A stretch of DNA of 64,000 nucleotides, taken from positions 868,001-932,000 of the forward strand of contig JAYWIR010000037.1 of assembly GCA_036172245.1 (NCBI GenBank), in the 5' to 3' direction. The notes below the pieces were generated by a model. That model was not told the origin of the DNA. It ran no database searches and was given only the letters and a program-made list of their open reading frames with translations. This document shows positions 27,587 to 39,638 of this stretch, piece after piece. The translations under genes and the position numbers were made by a program. Every line of letters begins with the position of its first letter. Within the stretch, counting starts at the first letter, position 1. This DNA comes from Raillietiella orientalis (lineage: Eukaryota).

Positions 27587-29032
27587 TCAAACAACTATAT
27601 GTTCCAAGATTCCTTGCTTGATTAAAGGCTCACAAATATTACGGGGAAGATGATATTGGTTTCCTTCCTTTAGAATGATAAGATCATTGCTTTCAGTTTC
27701 CAGTTCTCCATAATCTTTGAGGCAACACACCTAAAAATTTAAACTATCCTAAGAATAAAATAAATAAGACACCTGTATGTAGAGAGATGTTGGAGGCTGC
27801 AAATGCTGCATGATATTTACTCCAATTCCTTCTCCTAATGTTTGCATATATGTAGCAATGTTCTTATTGTATCTAAAAAACCACTCTAACTAAAAAAAAA
27901 AAAATTTGAAAGAATAAACTGACTGATACATACTTCTGCTGATGATAAATTGGCTTGTATTTCTGAAGGAAGGGTACTTCCAAAATCCCAACGAATCTGA
28001 TGAAGCTTCTGTAAGCGATTGTACCTAATATGCATTTCATAGACCAAAATTCCAAGTTATAATATTAAGCTTACAGATATGATAATACACAACGCTTATT
28101 TCTTTCTATTGCTGCATGTCTTAAATACACACTACTGAAATAGCTGTCATCGCCACTCATGACTACATTTCTAAAATAATACAAGAACAAGAATACTTCA
28201 ATTGAATATTTTCGCTAGAGAACATTGCTAATTTCTTTATTGATTGTTTTTAAAAAGGCAAATTATAATACTAATAGAAGAATATTGAAAATTTTTAATG
28301 TAAACATGATTTTCTTAGAACATTTTTTCTCTTTAAAATGTCATAGCCACACATGAATGCTTCCCTGCAACTATCTTACTTTTATAATTTAAAATACTTT
28401 CACAAGAGACAAAAATCTAAAAACGTATAACAACCACCTCCTATAATTTCGTTCTCGCCAGTTAATTCACAAAGACAATTATATCTATTGAAATTTACAG
28501 CACTCTTCATTAATTTAACTGACAGTTTACAATAAAGGAACTCACATAAATGAGGTCTTTTAAAATTTTCTTACAAAGTTGTGAAATACAGCAGATCAGA
28601 TTAATAATACTGAAAAGGTTTGTTGTCACCATTTACAAAACTTTGAAAACCACCAAAAAGGAGATTCAACTTTCAGGAATAGAATGCGCTTTCGAAAGCT
28701 CACTCACTCATGCTTTCGAATCATAGCATGCAAAAGACAGATTCCGTGATTCAACAATTTGTCATTGGTATACATAAAGTGAAGCATGTGGTCTACTTAC
28801 ACATCCTTTTGGTTTTGCGTAAACAATATTTGTACTTCTTCCAAAACCTGCCTCAGAACATTTTCCTGTGGATTATAATAAATTCAAAGGAAAATAATAG
28901 TAAACTGAGATACTGGATTTTATGGGGGGGGGGGGGAAATGGAAAAAAAACGATGCTTACATTGAAGGGGGGAATAACGTCAACATTGGCATTGATTTCT
29001 TGCACAAGTTCAAGGGCTTTATCCGCAAGCAT
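27587..29032 (-). CDS. GINS1: DNA replication complex GINS subunit 1 (Psf1), 194 aa, 6 exons
   Basis: Its reading frame is absent from the ORF track. Exons 28961-29032, 28801-28865, 28075-28170, 27934-28024, 27773-27889, 27587-27730 (585 nt) give MLADKALELVQE...PPFN|ENVLRQVLEE...RHAAIERNKRCVLSYL|YNRLQKL..IRWDFGS.LP...LYIQ|VCCLKDYGELE...CEPLIKQGILEHIVV*. Confidence 0.96.
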
Positions 29033-29439
29033 CCTGATTTACTTCTATTATGAACTATAAAATTTCTAAATTTTAAACTGTATGCTCAAGAAACATAACC
29101 TTGCCTGCCTTTATCGCTTTCTCATGCATGAGCTACCAGATACTGAAAACACTGCATTTTCGCAAAATTCCGATTTAAAAACTATGCTTGCAATGCACAT
29201 GTATGGGCAATTGTTTACGGGTTTTGTTGATACAGCACAAATTTATACGAACAGCATATTTAACTTTGAGTAAATACAAAATATCGTTCTATATATCGTA
29301 TTCTTACGAGTATCTAATGCAACCCACAGAAAGAAATCCTAAAAAAAATTGATGATCATTAAACGGATAAAATTACATTATCAAGAAACCTTGCAACCAA
29401 AAAATAATAATAATAATTTCGTTATCTGAAATCTTATTT

Positions 29440-32400
29440 TCACGATTTAGAGTAGTGAGGGACGGGTACGCTGTCAAGGTCTGCTGCCACATTTTGGCGT
29501 AGCTCCAGGAACGTCGTTTTGATCTCGCCCGCAAATTCTGCTTCCATAGTTGACTGCTGGGCTTCGAGTAGCTTCATCACAGAACGGAGGATTCGCTCCT
29601 TGTCCTTGTCGTCCAAACTCCTTGCTGGGAACAGCTCTGAGTAGTAGTGGCCGAAAGGGTCCCCACTTGTTCTGAGATTCAGCAGTTCGCATCTCGATGT
29701 GGAGGCGAAACATGTCTATGGAGAGGTTTTGCTTCTCTTGAATCCTAACGTCATTCTTTACGCTTCTGTCTAGTTACCATCTCTGGCACTCTTCCAGTAT
29801 GCAGAGTGGGAGGGATGTGGATGATGAATTTCCTGGTATGCTCCTTTTCTCAGTTTCCTGTCGCTGAACTACATGTCCGAGTATAGGTGAACTGCATGTT
29901 TAAGTCGATTCCACTCGTCCACAGAGTGGATTATGATTGTGGCAAGGATGTTGGTATTCAGCGTGCTGGTCTTCGTGTTGCACTCAGACCAACTCGATAT
30001 GCAGATGGACGCTGCCTTTGACTACTGGTGATTCCTCTTGGGATTCCACGCGTGCATTCAGAACCTTGATAGGATGTGGTTCCAGAGGTCGGTGGAGAGC
30101 TTACGCATCCCCTGGTTGCAGTGTGAGATGGTTTGCGAGTTCAGCACATATTCGACGGTCATGGACTTCTCCCCACTTATCTACGCGAGGTGAAGCTCTT
30201 CCGTCAGTCGATATTACATGTTTCCCGCTGCATATCTATGTAGCGTCGCCTTTCTGGATCGATGTTGAGGACACCAGGCCGAAAGATCAAGTCTTTCGGA
30301 GCCACCTTGCTCTTGAGAGATTTTCCTAGAGCCAGTAGGAAGGTCTCCTTGTTCCTGTGTGGCCCATAAACGTTCACCACGAAGAGATGAACTTTTCCGG
30401 ATAACGCCATCCTGGGGTTCAAGACGCGGCCTCTCCATCCGTGAGAAACCTCTAAAATGCTGATCCCTTTGCGGTTGGGTTTGCTCTGGTTGAAGTGGAT
30501 GGTCGCTTGCAGATGTTGCGCAAGTTCTTATTCGACTTCAGAGTTATTACATAGGTTTCCTGGATGAAACTGAGGATCTCCTATCGCAGGAGCTGAGCCA
30601 TCTGTTTCCCCTTCGGCGAGTTCGCGCATGCGCTGCTGTTCAAGGATATAACCCATATCTTCTGAGTCGACGACAGGAACGGAGCCAGGCTTAGTGAAGG
30701 GCGTGCTTAGGATCCTGACCTTAGTCATTCGTTTCTTTCTAAACCGTTTGTCAGTGACCACCACTTCTCGGCTACGTCTCCTACCAACAGAGTATTCGAT
30801 CGTCGCTTCCGCGGCATCTTTTCAGGAGGGTTTGTGGTCGTAGGTGGAATATCTGTCGGTGCTACGCTCGTCAGCCGTGGTGGGCAGGGTGAATTTGGAG
30901 AGTATCCTTATCCTGCTCGTGTTACCTTCCTCTTCCTATATGTGTGAAAAACAGATGGTTGGATTGCCATGAACATGGACGTTTCCGAATCTTTTCTTTA
31001 GGGGAGAGGGAAAGGGCTGTTCCCTGAGCTCGTTGATCAGAGAGCTCGTCTGGAGGACGACTGTCCAGGCTACCTCTTTCTCAGAAGACCTTCGGCTCCT
31101 CGTTGCAGAATTTAGCCTGCAGTACAGAGGCCACCGCATGTATTCCTCGGGAAAGTTACACGTCGGTGAGTTGGTGGCTGGAGCTTCGGATACTGCCACC
31201 GTACTCTTTGTCTCTTTTGAGAGGGGACTGACAATAAGGGCGTTGGTGGTAGTGGAGGCCTAGAGAGTGGACAAGTGGTTGGGATTCAGGATGAGATTCC
31301 TGACTTTTTTTTGTCAGGAAGGGTTTTGAGCTTGTGGATCCGGGCTGGGGAAAGGTCGTGGTAACAGATCCCGAGGGCAGCCTCTGCGATGATTGTTCAA
31401 GTGTTTCTTCTTGAGGGTGCTGGCGATTCCGGAACTCTATCTACTCCAGTTACTTGTGACAATCCTTCCTCTCGTGACCCTTGGCCTTGCAGAATTTGCA
31501 CCACTTGTGATGCACACAGTCGGCTGCCACATATACAGAATTTCCGCACTGTCTGCCAATGGGGGCTGGACGCGATCACCTCCGATGTCCAAAAATCATG
31601 CACGTTTGGCAAAAATTTCGTTGTTCTTGTTAGACCACATGGACCTTTTGTGAATCCTTATCGAGACGGACGAGCATGACGATTTTCATACCCTTGGGCA
31701 TGCATATTTGTAACAGGGTCTGTCCCCAAAGTTAACAGGAACGGCAGTTCCTGTTAACTTTCGAGGGAGCACTTCTCCTTACTGTTGGTAGTACCTCCAT
31801 ATGATGTTGCTGTTGGTCTTAGACAGGTGGACCGTCGTCTCCACATGCTCGGAGACTCCTTGGAGTGTTCTTCCGTTGAGGGATATCCCCTGACGATGAT
31901 CGTGAACCACTTCCTGGCTGTCAATTCTCTGCGTAGACGGAGAATCTCCGACTAATGGCACAATCGCCTTGATGCCGTCGAAATAGATTTTTTTTCGAAG
32001 TATTGAAAGGTAGTTGTCCCGCAAGGCATTGTTGGTCAGGGGTCCCATTGAGAAAGTAGCGATCGCCACTTATGGACCAAACCTTCAGGGAGCCTGATTC
32101 CCTTTTTATTTCTTTTCAGACCGTTCCGCCCTTGATATCGCCACGTTCCGTGGTTGCTACGGACGTTCCCGTAGGCGAGGAAGCAGCCATTGTTGTGCAT
32201 GCTTTTATGGGTCGCCTCACTTCCGTCCCGACCTTTTTCCTCGTCTATCTCCATGTTCTCCATCATCTCCGTTGTGTTTGCTTCTTTTGGATAAAGGGGA
32301 AGTAATACCTTGTTCCATACTGGGTGGGCACTGGTTCTGTCTTTGGACTGGTTCTCGCTCCGTCAGCTAGACACAAAAATTTCTATAGCACTCTTTTAGA
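29440..32400 (-). mobile_element. Decayed L1/Tx1-like non-LTR retrotransposon (ORF1 with CCHC zinc knuckles plus APE-endonuclease remnant; no recognisable RT)
   Basis: GC-richer block with sharp edges in AT-rich DNA. Perfect knuckle CKFCKAKGHERKDC (31459-31500), preceded by a degenerate CQTCMIFGH knuckle; endonuclease-type LFVVNVYGPH (~30357-30386). Many stops and frameshifts. Ends approximate. Confidence 0.75.
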
Positions 32401-34782
32401 TGCTTCCATCCACGGATTTCTCTAGTGAAAGGCGGAAGAAATTTACGTGTGGAACAGAAGTCAGAGCTACATAACTCGATAAGCTGAATTTCAATCCAAA
32501 ATCTTCATAACTTTGTAGTAAAAATGACTAGAATTCCAGACACTAGTAGATACATCTTTATATGATGATTAACAGTGTTAGTTTAACATTGTCACGAAAA
32601 TTTAGTGGAGAAAAAGAACGATTTTCGATTTTTGAGTAAGAAATGGAATATTTTCATGGCTCTCAGATGAGAAAATGAATCGCTGGTTTTCTTTTATTGG
32701 ACTGCATTTAATGGCAAAGTGCGAAACCAAAAGTCCCTTTCAATTAAAAGCAATGATTTGACAGAAAACTACATGCAGGAAAATATGTCATCGAGGATGT
32801 AGAAATAGAGAAGCGAGAGAATGTGTCAACACTGCATGTGATTTAAAAGCAAGTAATAAAGTCGTTTTTACGAACCAGTTAGTAAACGAAAATTGAAAAT
32901 TAATTAGAAAAGCAACCTTGAAAGAAAATATCTGCCAACTTACAAGAAATAAAGCAGACATTATCGGTTTTGCTTTTCTATCTCTTGACAAGGAATAATG
33001 GATAAGTAGTAGTTAGTCAAAAGTAATATTTTGATAATTTGAGTAGAGGCTACGAATAAAACAAACTAAGATATTCTTGGAATCAGAGTAGAAGCCTTGG
33101 TGATAATTGGAATTGAAGAAAAGCACAAAGTAAGGATATATAGTATATAGCAATGCAAATCAAGTTTGTTGCATAGTTTTAGAATTTTAAAATTTGTAAA
33201 TTGTCGTTTTTACAAGAGACGTCAGCCTCATTAATTTGTATATTTGGAAAATAGCCATTCAAAGACTGATTAGTGATTAAAACGGAATCAAGGACCTGTT
33301 GTGATTTTAGTTATAGAAATTTGAAGTTGGAATCAGCAGAAAATATTTTGAGATGCAAAAGATTAAAAATCTAGGTATGATTCAATACTCTAGAGGTAGC
33401 CAATCAAAACAAACAAAACAGCTCAATGAAATTCGTCCTATTTTAATAATGGTTAATTCAGTAAGATCATGTTAATAAAATATACATTCTTGAAATCATT
33501 CAAATCTATGGATTTGAGAAAAATAGTAAAATGGAAGCAAAAAGAAAATCAGACAATTGGAATGGAACATAATGCCTCAAAAAGTAAGACAAACAAAACG
33601 AAGGAATGCAAAATAAGATGAAGATGTAAATCCTTAAAAAAACATGATAGTGTGAAGAAAAAAAACGGACAAATGAAACCCTTAGAGGACTTTAACTTTT
33701 GTGGATTTCATAGGAGGAATATCTCACAAGGTTGTCACATAGACGAAAGTAGGCAGCATGATAATGTTTCAGATCCCACAGCTGAAAAAAATTGCAGTTG
33801 CTCATATAATGTGTTCACATAATTAAACGAGTTTTGTGTATTTTCAGAAGTGGAATTTTAAGCACCTGTTGGTTTTTGGTCCATCATTTAGAAAATTCCA
33901 CAGATGTTTTCATTTGAAGTCATCTGTAAGCCTCAATGAAACATGGAATTTGATTCTTGGAATTTAGTTGATTTTGCAGTTAGCATTCAAAATGAAAAAT
34001 CAGCTTGTACTTCAAATAAATAATTTAATGACGATTCAATTTATTAATTGTATGTTTTTGCAAATTCAAATATCCGTAATGGCAACTCATAAGATGTACG
34101 TTTGCAATTGCTTAATCAGCCGAGTACATTACTGAAAGGAAATAGACGAATGCGGAACGTCCTCCGTTTTATCGTGTGGTAACATAATTAAAAAACCTTA
34201 GGCATGAAGATAATTGAGTCCAAATATTGCTTTCTTGTCTAAGTAACAGGATAAGATGCAAATTCAATACACAAAATTGTATTAAAGCAAGATTTATGTG
34301 CATTGAATTCGTGGTAGTCGAAATAACATTGACGGCCTGATTTGTATACAGTATAAAGTGCTGGGGTTGAAAATGTGCTCGATTCACCAAATCTATGACA
34401 CAAACGTTTAACATTGTGCTTTAATTGCCTCAAGTCTTTTACTAACTTAACTACAATAAACTTGCAAAAATAGCAGTCAACCCTGTTTGGATTTATTAAT
34501 TCAGCGATTGTTTATACAAGATTAATTTCTTTGTTAATATTCCAGAAAAAAACAATGCAAAACTGGTGTGATGTTTTGATACTTCGAAGATACTTTAAAA
34601 GATATCTGAGAAACTGGGAAATCACTATTCCATGATTCATTATATGACTCTGATATCATAAACTTATTTATATTTAGTCTTTAGGTTAACTTGAAATGCC
34701 AAGTAAATTCTGAACATGTGATTTGATGTGACTGTGTTGACAGTAACTATTTGATAAAGTATTTTGTATTTCTTTAAAAGTT

Positions 34783-35837
34783 ATGTCCATACATGTAAAA
34801 AACTTCTTAACAGAAGTTTTGTTAGCATATCCTAGAATTCTCACGCAAAATAAACCTTTCAAAGAAGTAACTCTAACATATAGCACATATAAAGATGCAA
34901 TCAAGGAAAGAAGTAAGTTTGAACATTTATGTGAATGTATATTCAACAAAATGTTTTAGGATTTCAAAAAGCCAAAGAAGCAAATCATTGGAAATATGTT
35001 TCAAATTTGAGGAATCCATATATTTTTATGAGTATAAAATGGGTTCCACCACCTGTTCTTGATGGGCGTAGCAAACAAAAAACAGGAGATTTAGAAGGCC
35101 TACCTGAAATTGATTTAGCCAACCCATGCCCACAATATGCAGACTCAGAAGAGTATAAAAAGTAAGCAAGCATGTATAAATCAGTATCACTCTTGGAGCT
35201 GTTGCAAAGTGCTGATGAAATCATAAAAAAGTTAGCATCTCTACAGTTTGCCAGGAAGAGCACTTGTGCTGTGGTGTGGAAAAGCATATTAAGAAAAAGA
35301 GTTCAAAGACATGAACATGATACTTATTCTCTAGAATGTCAAAGTAAGCTAGAATATCAAACTAATACTAATGCTGATGCTATAGTTGCTGATATCACTA
35401 CCCACCTTCGTATTCTCCAAAATGATGCTGAAAAAAATCCTGAAAAACCTTTCGGACGTTCCAAATGCATTTTTCTAGCGAAAGAGCGCAGGAAACTCCT
35501 GGAGCAATTGCGGAAGTTTGATTATAAACGATATGAATGGTTATTGGAAAAGCTGCAGATCTTTCATTGGATTGATCCTCCGTATGTACTAAAATTCTTT
35601 TTTAAGAAAAAGAATTCACTTTTACCTAGAGACATGACAGTTCCTTCTCGAGAAGAGTCCCTCAGGTTGCATGTTAGAGCATTTGCAGATAACTTAAAGA
35701 CAGGGAAACTACATGCCCTTCGGGATGAATTAAAATCTCAGCAGGAAGCATTTCTCAAGCACAAAGAAGATACTCTAAAAATGCTAGCAGAGAAAGAAGC
35801 TGAAATGGACAATAAAATCGCAAAATTTTCGTCCTAA
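34783..35837 (+). CDS. MRPS15: Mitochondrial ribosomal protein S15 (uS15m; Drosophila bonsai), 289 aa, 5 exons
   Basis: Exons 34783-34912, 34960-35161, 35210-35343, 35386-35581, 35630-35837 (870 nt). IKWV...KTGDL, VQRHEHDTYSLECQIA, RRKLLEQLRKFDYKRYEWLLEKL and SREESL match S15m. Start codon inferred. Confidence 0.9.
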
Positions 35838-35875
35838 GTACAACTAATTAGGATGAAATTTTTTTTCATAAATGT

Positions 35876-35915
35876 AATAAATCATAAACACAATTCAAGA
35901 TATTTTGTATTTATT
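35876..35915. promoter_or_regulatory. Opposed polyadenylation signals of MRPS15 (+, 35876-35881) and Dlish (-, 35915-35910)
   Basis: AATAAA on + and TTTATT on + (AATAAA on -), 28 nt apart, between convergent stops at 35837 and 36083. Confidence 0.6.
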
Positions 35916-36082
35916 GGCAGACGTTTTAAAAATACTGATTCTTGTTTGAGTAATTTCTTCTGGTTTTTAACAAACTCAGAGTTTCAAAGAGCTAGAAGAT
36001 GCAATAGCCAAAGCTTGACATGCTTTCTTTGCACTTGTTAATAATTCCATTAAGTATTAATGAGTTCAGATCACAGATAAAT

Positions 36083-37540
36083 TCACAGACTGGTCATGGC
36101 AGGTGAATGAGCATAAGCCTTTGGGATAAATCCGCACTGATTGATGCGTGGTGCATATGCCCACAACCAACCATCTACTGTTTGATTAGTAAGGTCAGCA
36201 TATACCCAATCACCTCTTCTCAAAGAAAGATCATCTGGAGCTTGAGCCTACCCCAGATTATTGTTCCACTGTAATCTTTTTACTCACCTGATATTCATAC
36301 AACATAACAAGTTGGGTTCCATGCAGGGGCATTTTTTCTGAGGTTTTATTTTCATGCCTTACTTGGGAAAAGTTGGTGATAGCTCTGTTCACACTGCTAT
36401 CTATTCCTTTACTACAGTTAAACAGTGACAAAATTTTCAAACTATTTACGTTGGATGATTTCAGCTGGATACACAAAGGCACTGGGAATAAAGCCCTCCT
36501 GCCCATCACTTCGTATAACCCAAAACCAATCAGGATCATCTTGATTTAGCACAGTGATGAATTCTCCTCTTTCCACTGAAACATCATTTTCATCTCTGGC
36601 CACAAAAGTATATAATACAATGAATCTGCCTGCTGGATCCTGAATGAGATATTAGCAGCAATCAAAAGAGGCTACTACACCTTGAAAAAGGGATGAACAT
36701 CCGGCTGAAATACTTGACTCTGCAATGAACAGTGAGAGTTCCTGTGTTGATTTACTTTATCCTCTTGACTTTCATTGTCAGAATTATCTGCTGAAGGTGC
36801 AATGCATTTTTGGATTAATAAATCCAACAGTTTACCTAGCACATTTGTGGATACATCATTTGGACGAGTATTGGAAGAGGGATCACACAATTTCTTGGGC
36901 TTAAAACCCATAGCTATGTCTCCTAGTTCTGATCCAAATGGAGCAAGAAATGAATGTGGAACAAATCCTTCTTGCTGGCTGTCACTCCTGATAACATAAG
37001 CCCAGTCATTTTCTTGATAAAGGATGTTGACCATCTGTTGACAAAACTCACATACATAATCAATTAATGTTTTCTAACCAACTCACATTTCCTCGCTTTA
37101 CTTCCAATTCGTCATCAACACATGGACTAAAATCCATAAGAACCACCATTTTGCTATCTGGAGACAGTCCTTGTTCTTTTTCAATTCCAACACGTACTAA
37201 GGTCTCCACTGATGTGCTACCTGTGATTCGCCCCATGCTAGGTGCTTTGGTATTATCTTTATCACCATCTAGAGCACAACAAATTAATGAGAGTTCATTA
37301 TAAATGCAAAGTACACATAAAAATAATTTACTACTTATTTGTTATCTGACTAATAATAACTCTGGGAATATAAATTCATGTAAAAGAAATTAAGTTCACA
37401 TCTAGTATTAGCATAAAAGCAACTTCAAATGATGGTCACAATTCTTTTTAAAACATCACTTTTGAATATCAGTTCCCATTAGAAGGCGTACCTTTTTGTT
37501 TTTTAGTTCTACGGATTCTGACAGGGCATAAGAAGGCCAT
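36083..37540 (-). CDS. Dlish: Triple-SH3 protein Dlish/Vamana (Dachs ligand, Fat-Hippo pathway), 337 aa, 7 exons
   Basis: Exons 37492-37540, 37087-37268, 36836-37034, 36681-36790, 36450-36639, 36288-36406, 36083-36247 (1014 nt). MAFLCPVRIRR, MGRITGSTSVETLVRVGIEKEQGLSPDSKM, three SH3 domains, C-terminus GFIPKAYAHSPAMTSL*. Confidence 0.95.
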
Positions 37541-38352
37541 TTGTACATATTTTCCCTTTTTCTATGGAGTTCCGTTTTCACATTTTTGATGTTCTAATCT
37601 TACATCACTAAGTATAAAATTCAGAAATACATGTTACCACTAAAATTATAAAAACCAATTACTTCATCAAACATACTTCACACAAGTCAAACAAAAAACA
37701 CTTGGGATTATGCCATTCGTATAATCTCAGCACACAGCAAGTTGAGTACATTCAGAGAAAAAGGTGAAAGTACATGGCACCTTGGGTTTCCTTGAAACTT
37801 ATAGCAATTATTGCAATCACCAGTTGCAAAAACTCTCAGTTCTATCTCACGTTGGTAGGATATTATTTGGATTTGATAGAATCGAAAATGTAACTGCATT
37901 ACTAAGCCCTTACTCATGTAGTACTTTTATTTTCAATTTAAAGTGCCTTATTGAAATTTGATATGCAATCGTACAAACTCTGCTCCATATAATGGATATG
38001 CAATAAAGTTTAAAAATGCTACATTCATATTTCATAAATAAACTTCTGTTATTTTCAGTTTTAACTGCAACGAAACCAAGAACCGAATAAAAGAGCAATG
38101 TAACGAGTGATGGTAAATCTGAAAGCTATGCACCCAAATCCACTCGCTCAACAATTTTGAAATCGTTTACTGTGTTCACATGTGGATAGAATACTTTGGA
38201 TGGATTACATCACTCTGCAAAAACATTCAAATTCAAACTAGACTAAAAGCATGATCATCAAAAGGATTCCGTATATGACATTTGATAAAATGCCAAATAA
38301 GCTTTAATGAACGTAAACACCAAGGGGGCACATACGCTAACACAGCCGTGCA

Positions 38353-38426
38353 AAACACAGATCAGATGATGAAATTATGAGATAAACACAGATTATCAAA
38401 CACAGATCACTATGATGAAATTATGA
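38353..38426. repeat. Short imperfect tandem duplication (aaacacagatca..tgatgaaattatga x2; aaacacagat x3)
   Basis: Direct reading. Confidence 0.7.
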
Positions 38427-39597
38427 AACTTCAATTTTTGGATATCTGACGGTAGGCATCGCAATACTTATTCACATCATTCACCGCAAACACCGTACAA
38501 CGACGGGAAAATAAGACAAAGTAACCACATTTCAAGTTTTTCAGATTGCAAGTGGTTCATTCCATTTGGTCAGTCTACCTATTTAGCAACGTAACCAACG
38601 AAATATTGACTCAGCAGTACTCTGTAAATTAAAATTATGAGTAATACATGAAGCAAACCTTGTAGCCAGATCTGCATAAGAGTCGTGCGTACCGCCTCTC
38701 AGAGCAGAATTTGTTTTCTACCCGATCACTCGGGGGAGTACGCCAGAATTGGTAATTTAATGTACAAATGAGCTAGGTGAGTCTAGTGGAGATAATGAGT
38801 TATTAAATATGTCAGAATTCAAAGAGTTTTGCATTTGAATAAGACAATAAACAGCTTTTGAGATTGTTTCAATAAAGTTGTAGGAGACTTTCTTCTGTTC
38901 AAGGTTTTTCCAATTCACGTTAATTAAATTCATTTTATTCTCAGATACGTTCTAAATGCTATCAATTCAAATTTAATGAGTGGAAAAAGAAGTTTCTCCA
39001 TCTAGTACAGGTTAGAATTGCCTCAAAGGACAAATTTCAAAAAAGAAATTCTTAATTAAGCATTTCTGATAAATATCTGAAGTTTTTCTGATTTATTGTT
39101 TTTGTAATCTGTTATCAATATTACAAATGTATCAGTGTAGTCCTCGTATTCATTCCGATTTTCCTCAGTCCAACAAGCGGTGGGGTGACTTTAAAAATCG
39201 ACAATTTTTGACAAAACTTAACAGAGGTTTGAACACATTTTAACTGAGTTTTAATAGCACTTGTATAACACTACATTTGGTACTTAAGTCCACACTGGAT
39301 GTCGCATTCCGGTGTTCCGTTCTAACGCTGTTCACTTGTCGACCATCACTTTGGGGAGGATGGAGAGGGACATCCATGCTGTTGTGCACTCATCAGGTCA
39401 TCTGTAGTTTCCGCAGAATGTACCTGAGTGCCCATGCAGGCACCCTTCTGTAATTGAGAACCTCTAGCTCTTTTCTCAGCAGAGCTTCTTGCAAGATCAT
39501 CTTTTCCGGCACAATTCTTATTTATCTCAAAGGAGCATCAAAACTGAAATGCAATCCGATGCATTAGACTTTTTGGTGTTTCAGCTTACGTCATTTC

Positions 39598-39638
39598 ATA
39601 CACGTCAATCGGGGTGATACACCCCGATTGACGTGTAT
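39598..39638. repeat. Perfect 19-bp inverted repeat with 3-nt loop
   Basis: atacacgtcaatcggggtg-ata-caccccgattgacgtgtat. Confidence 0.95.
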
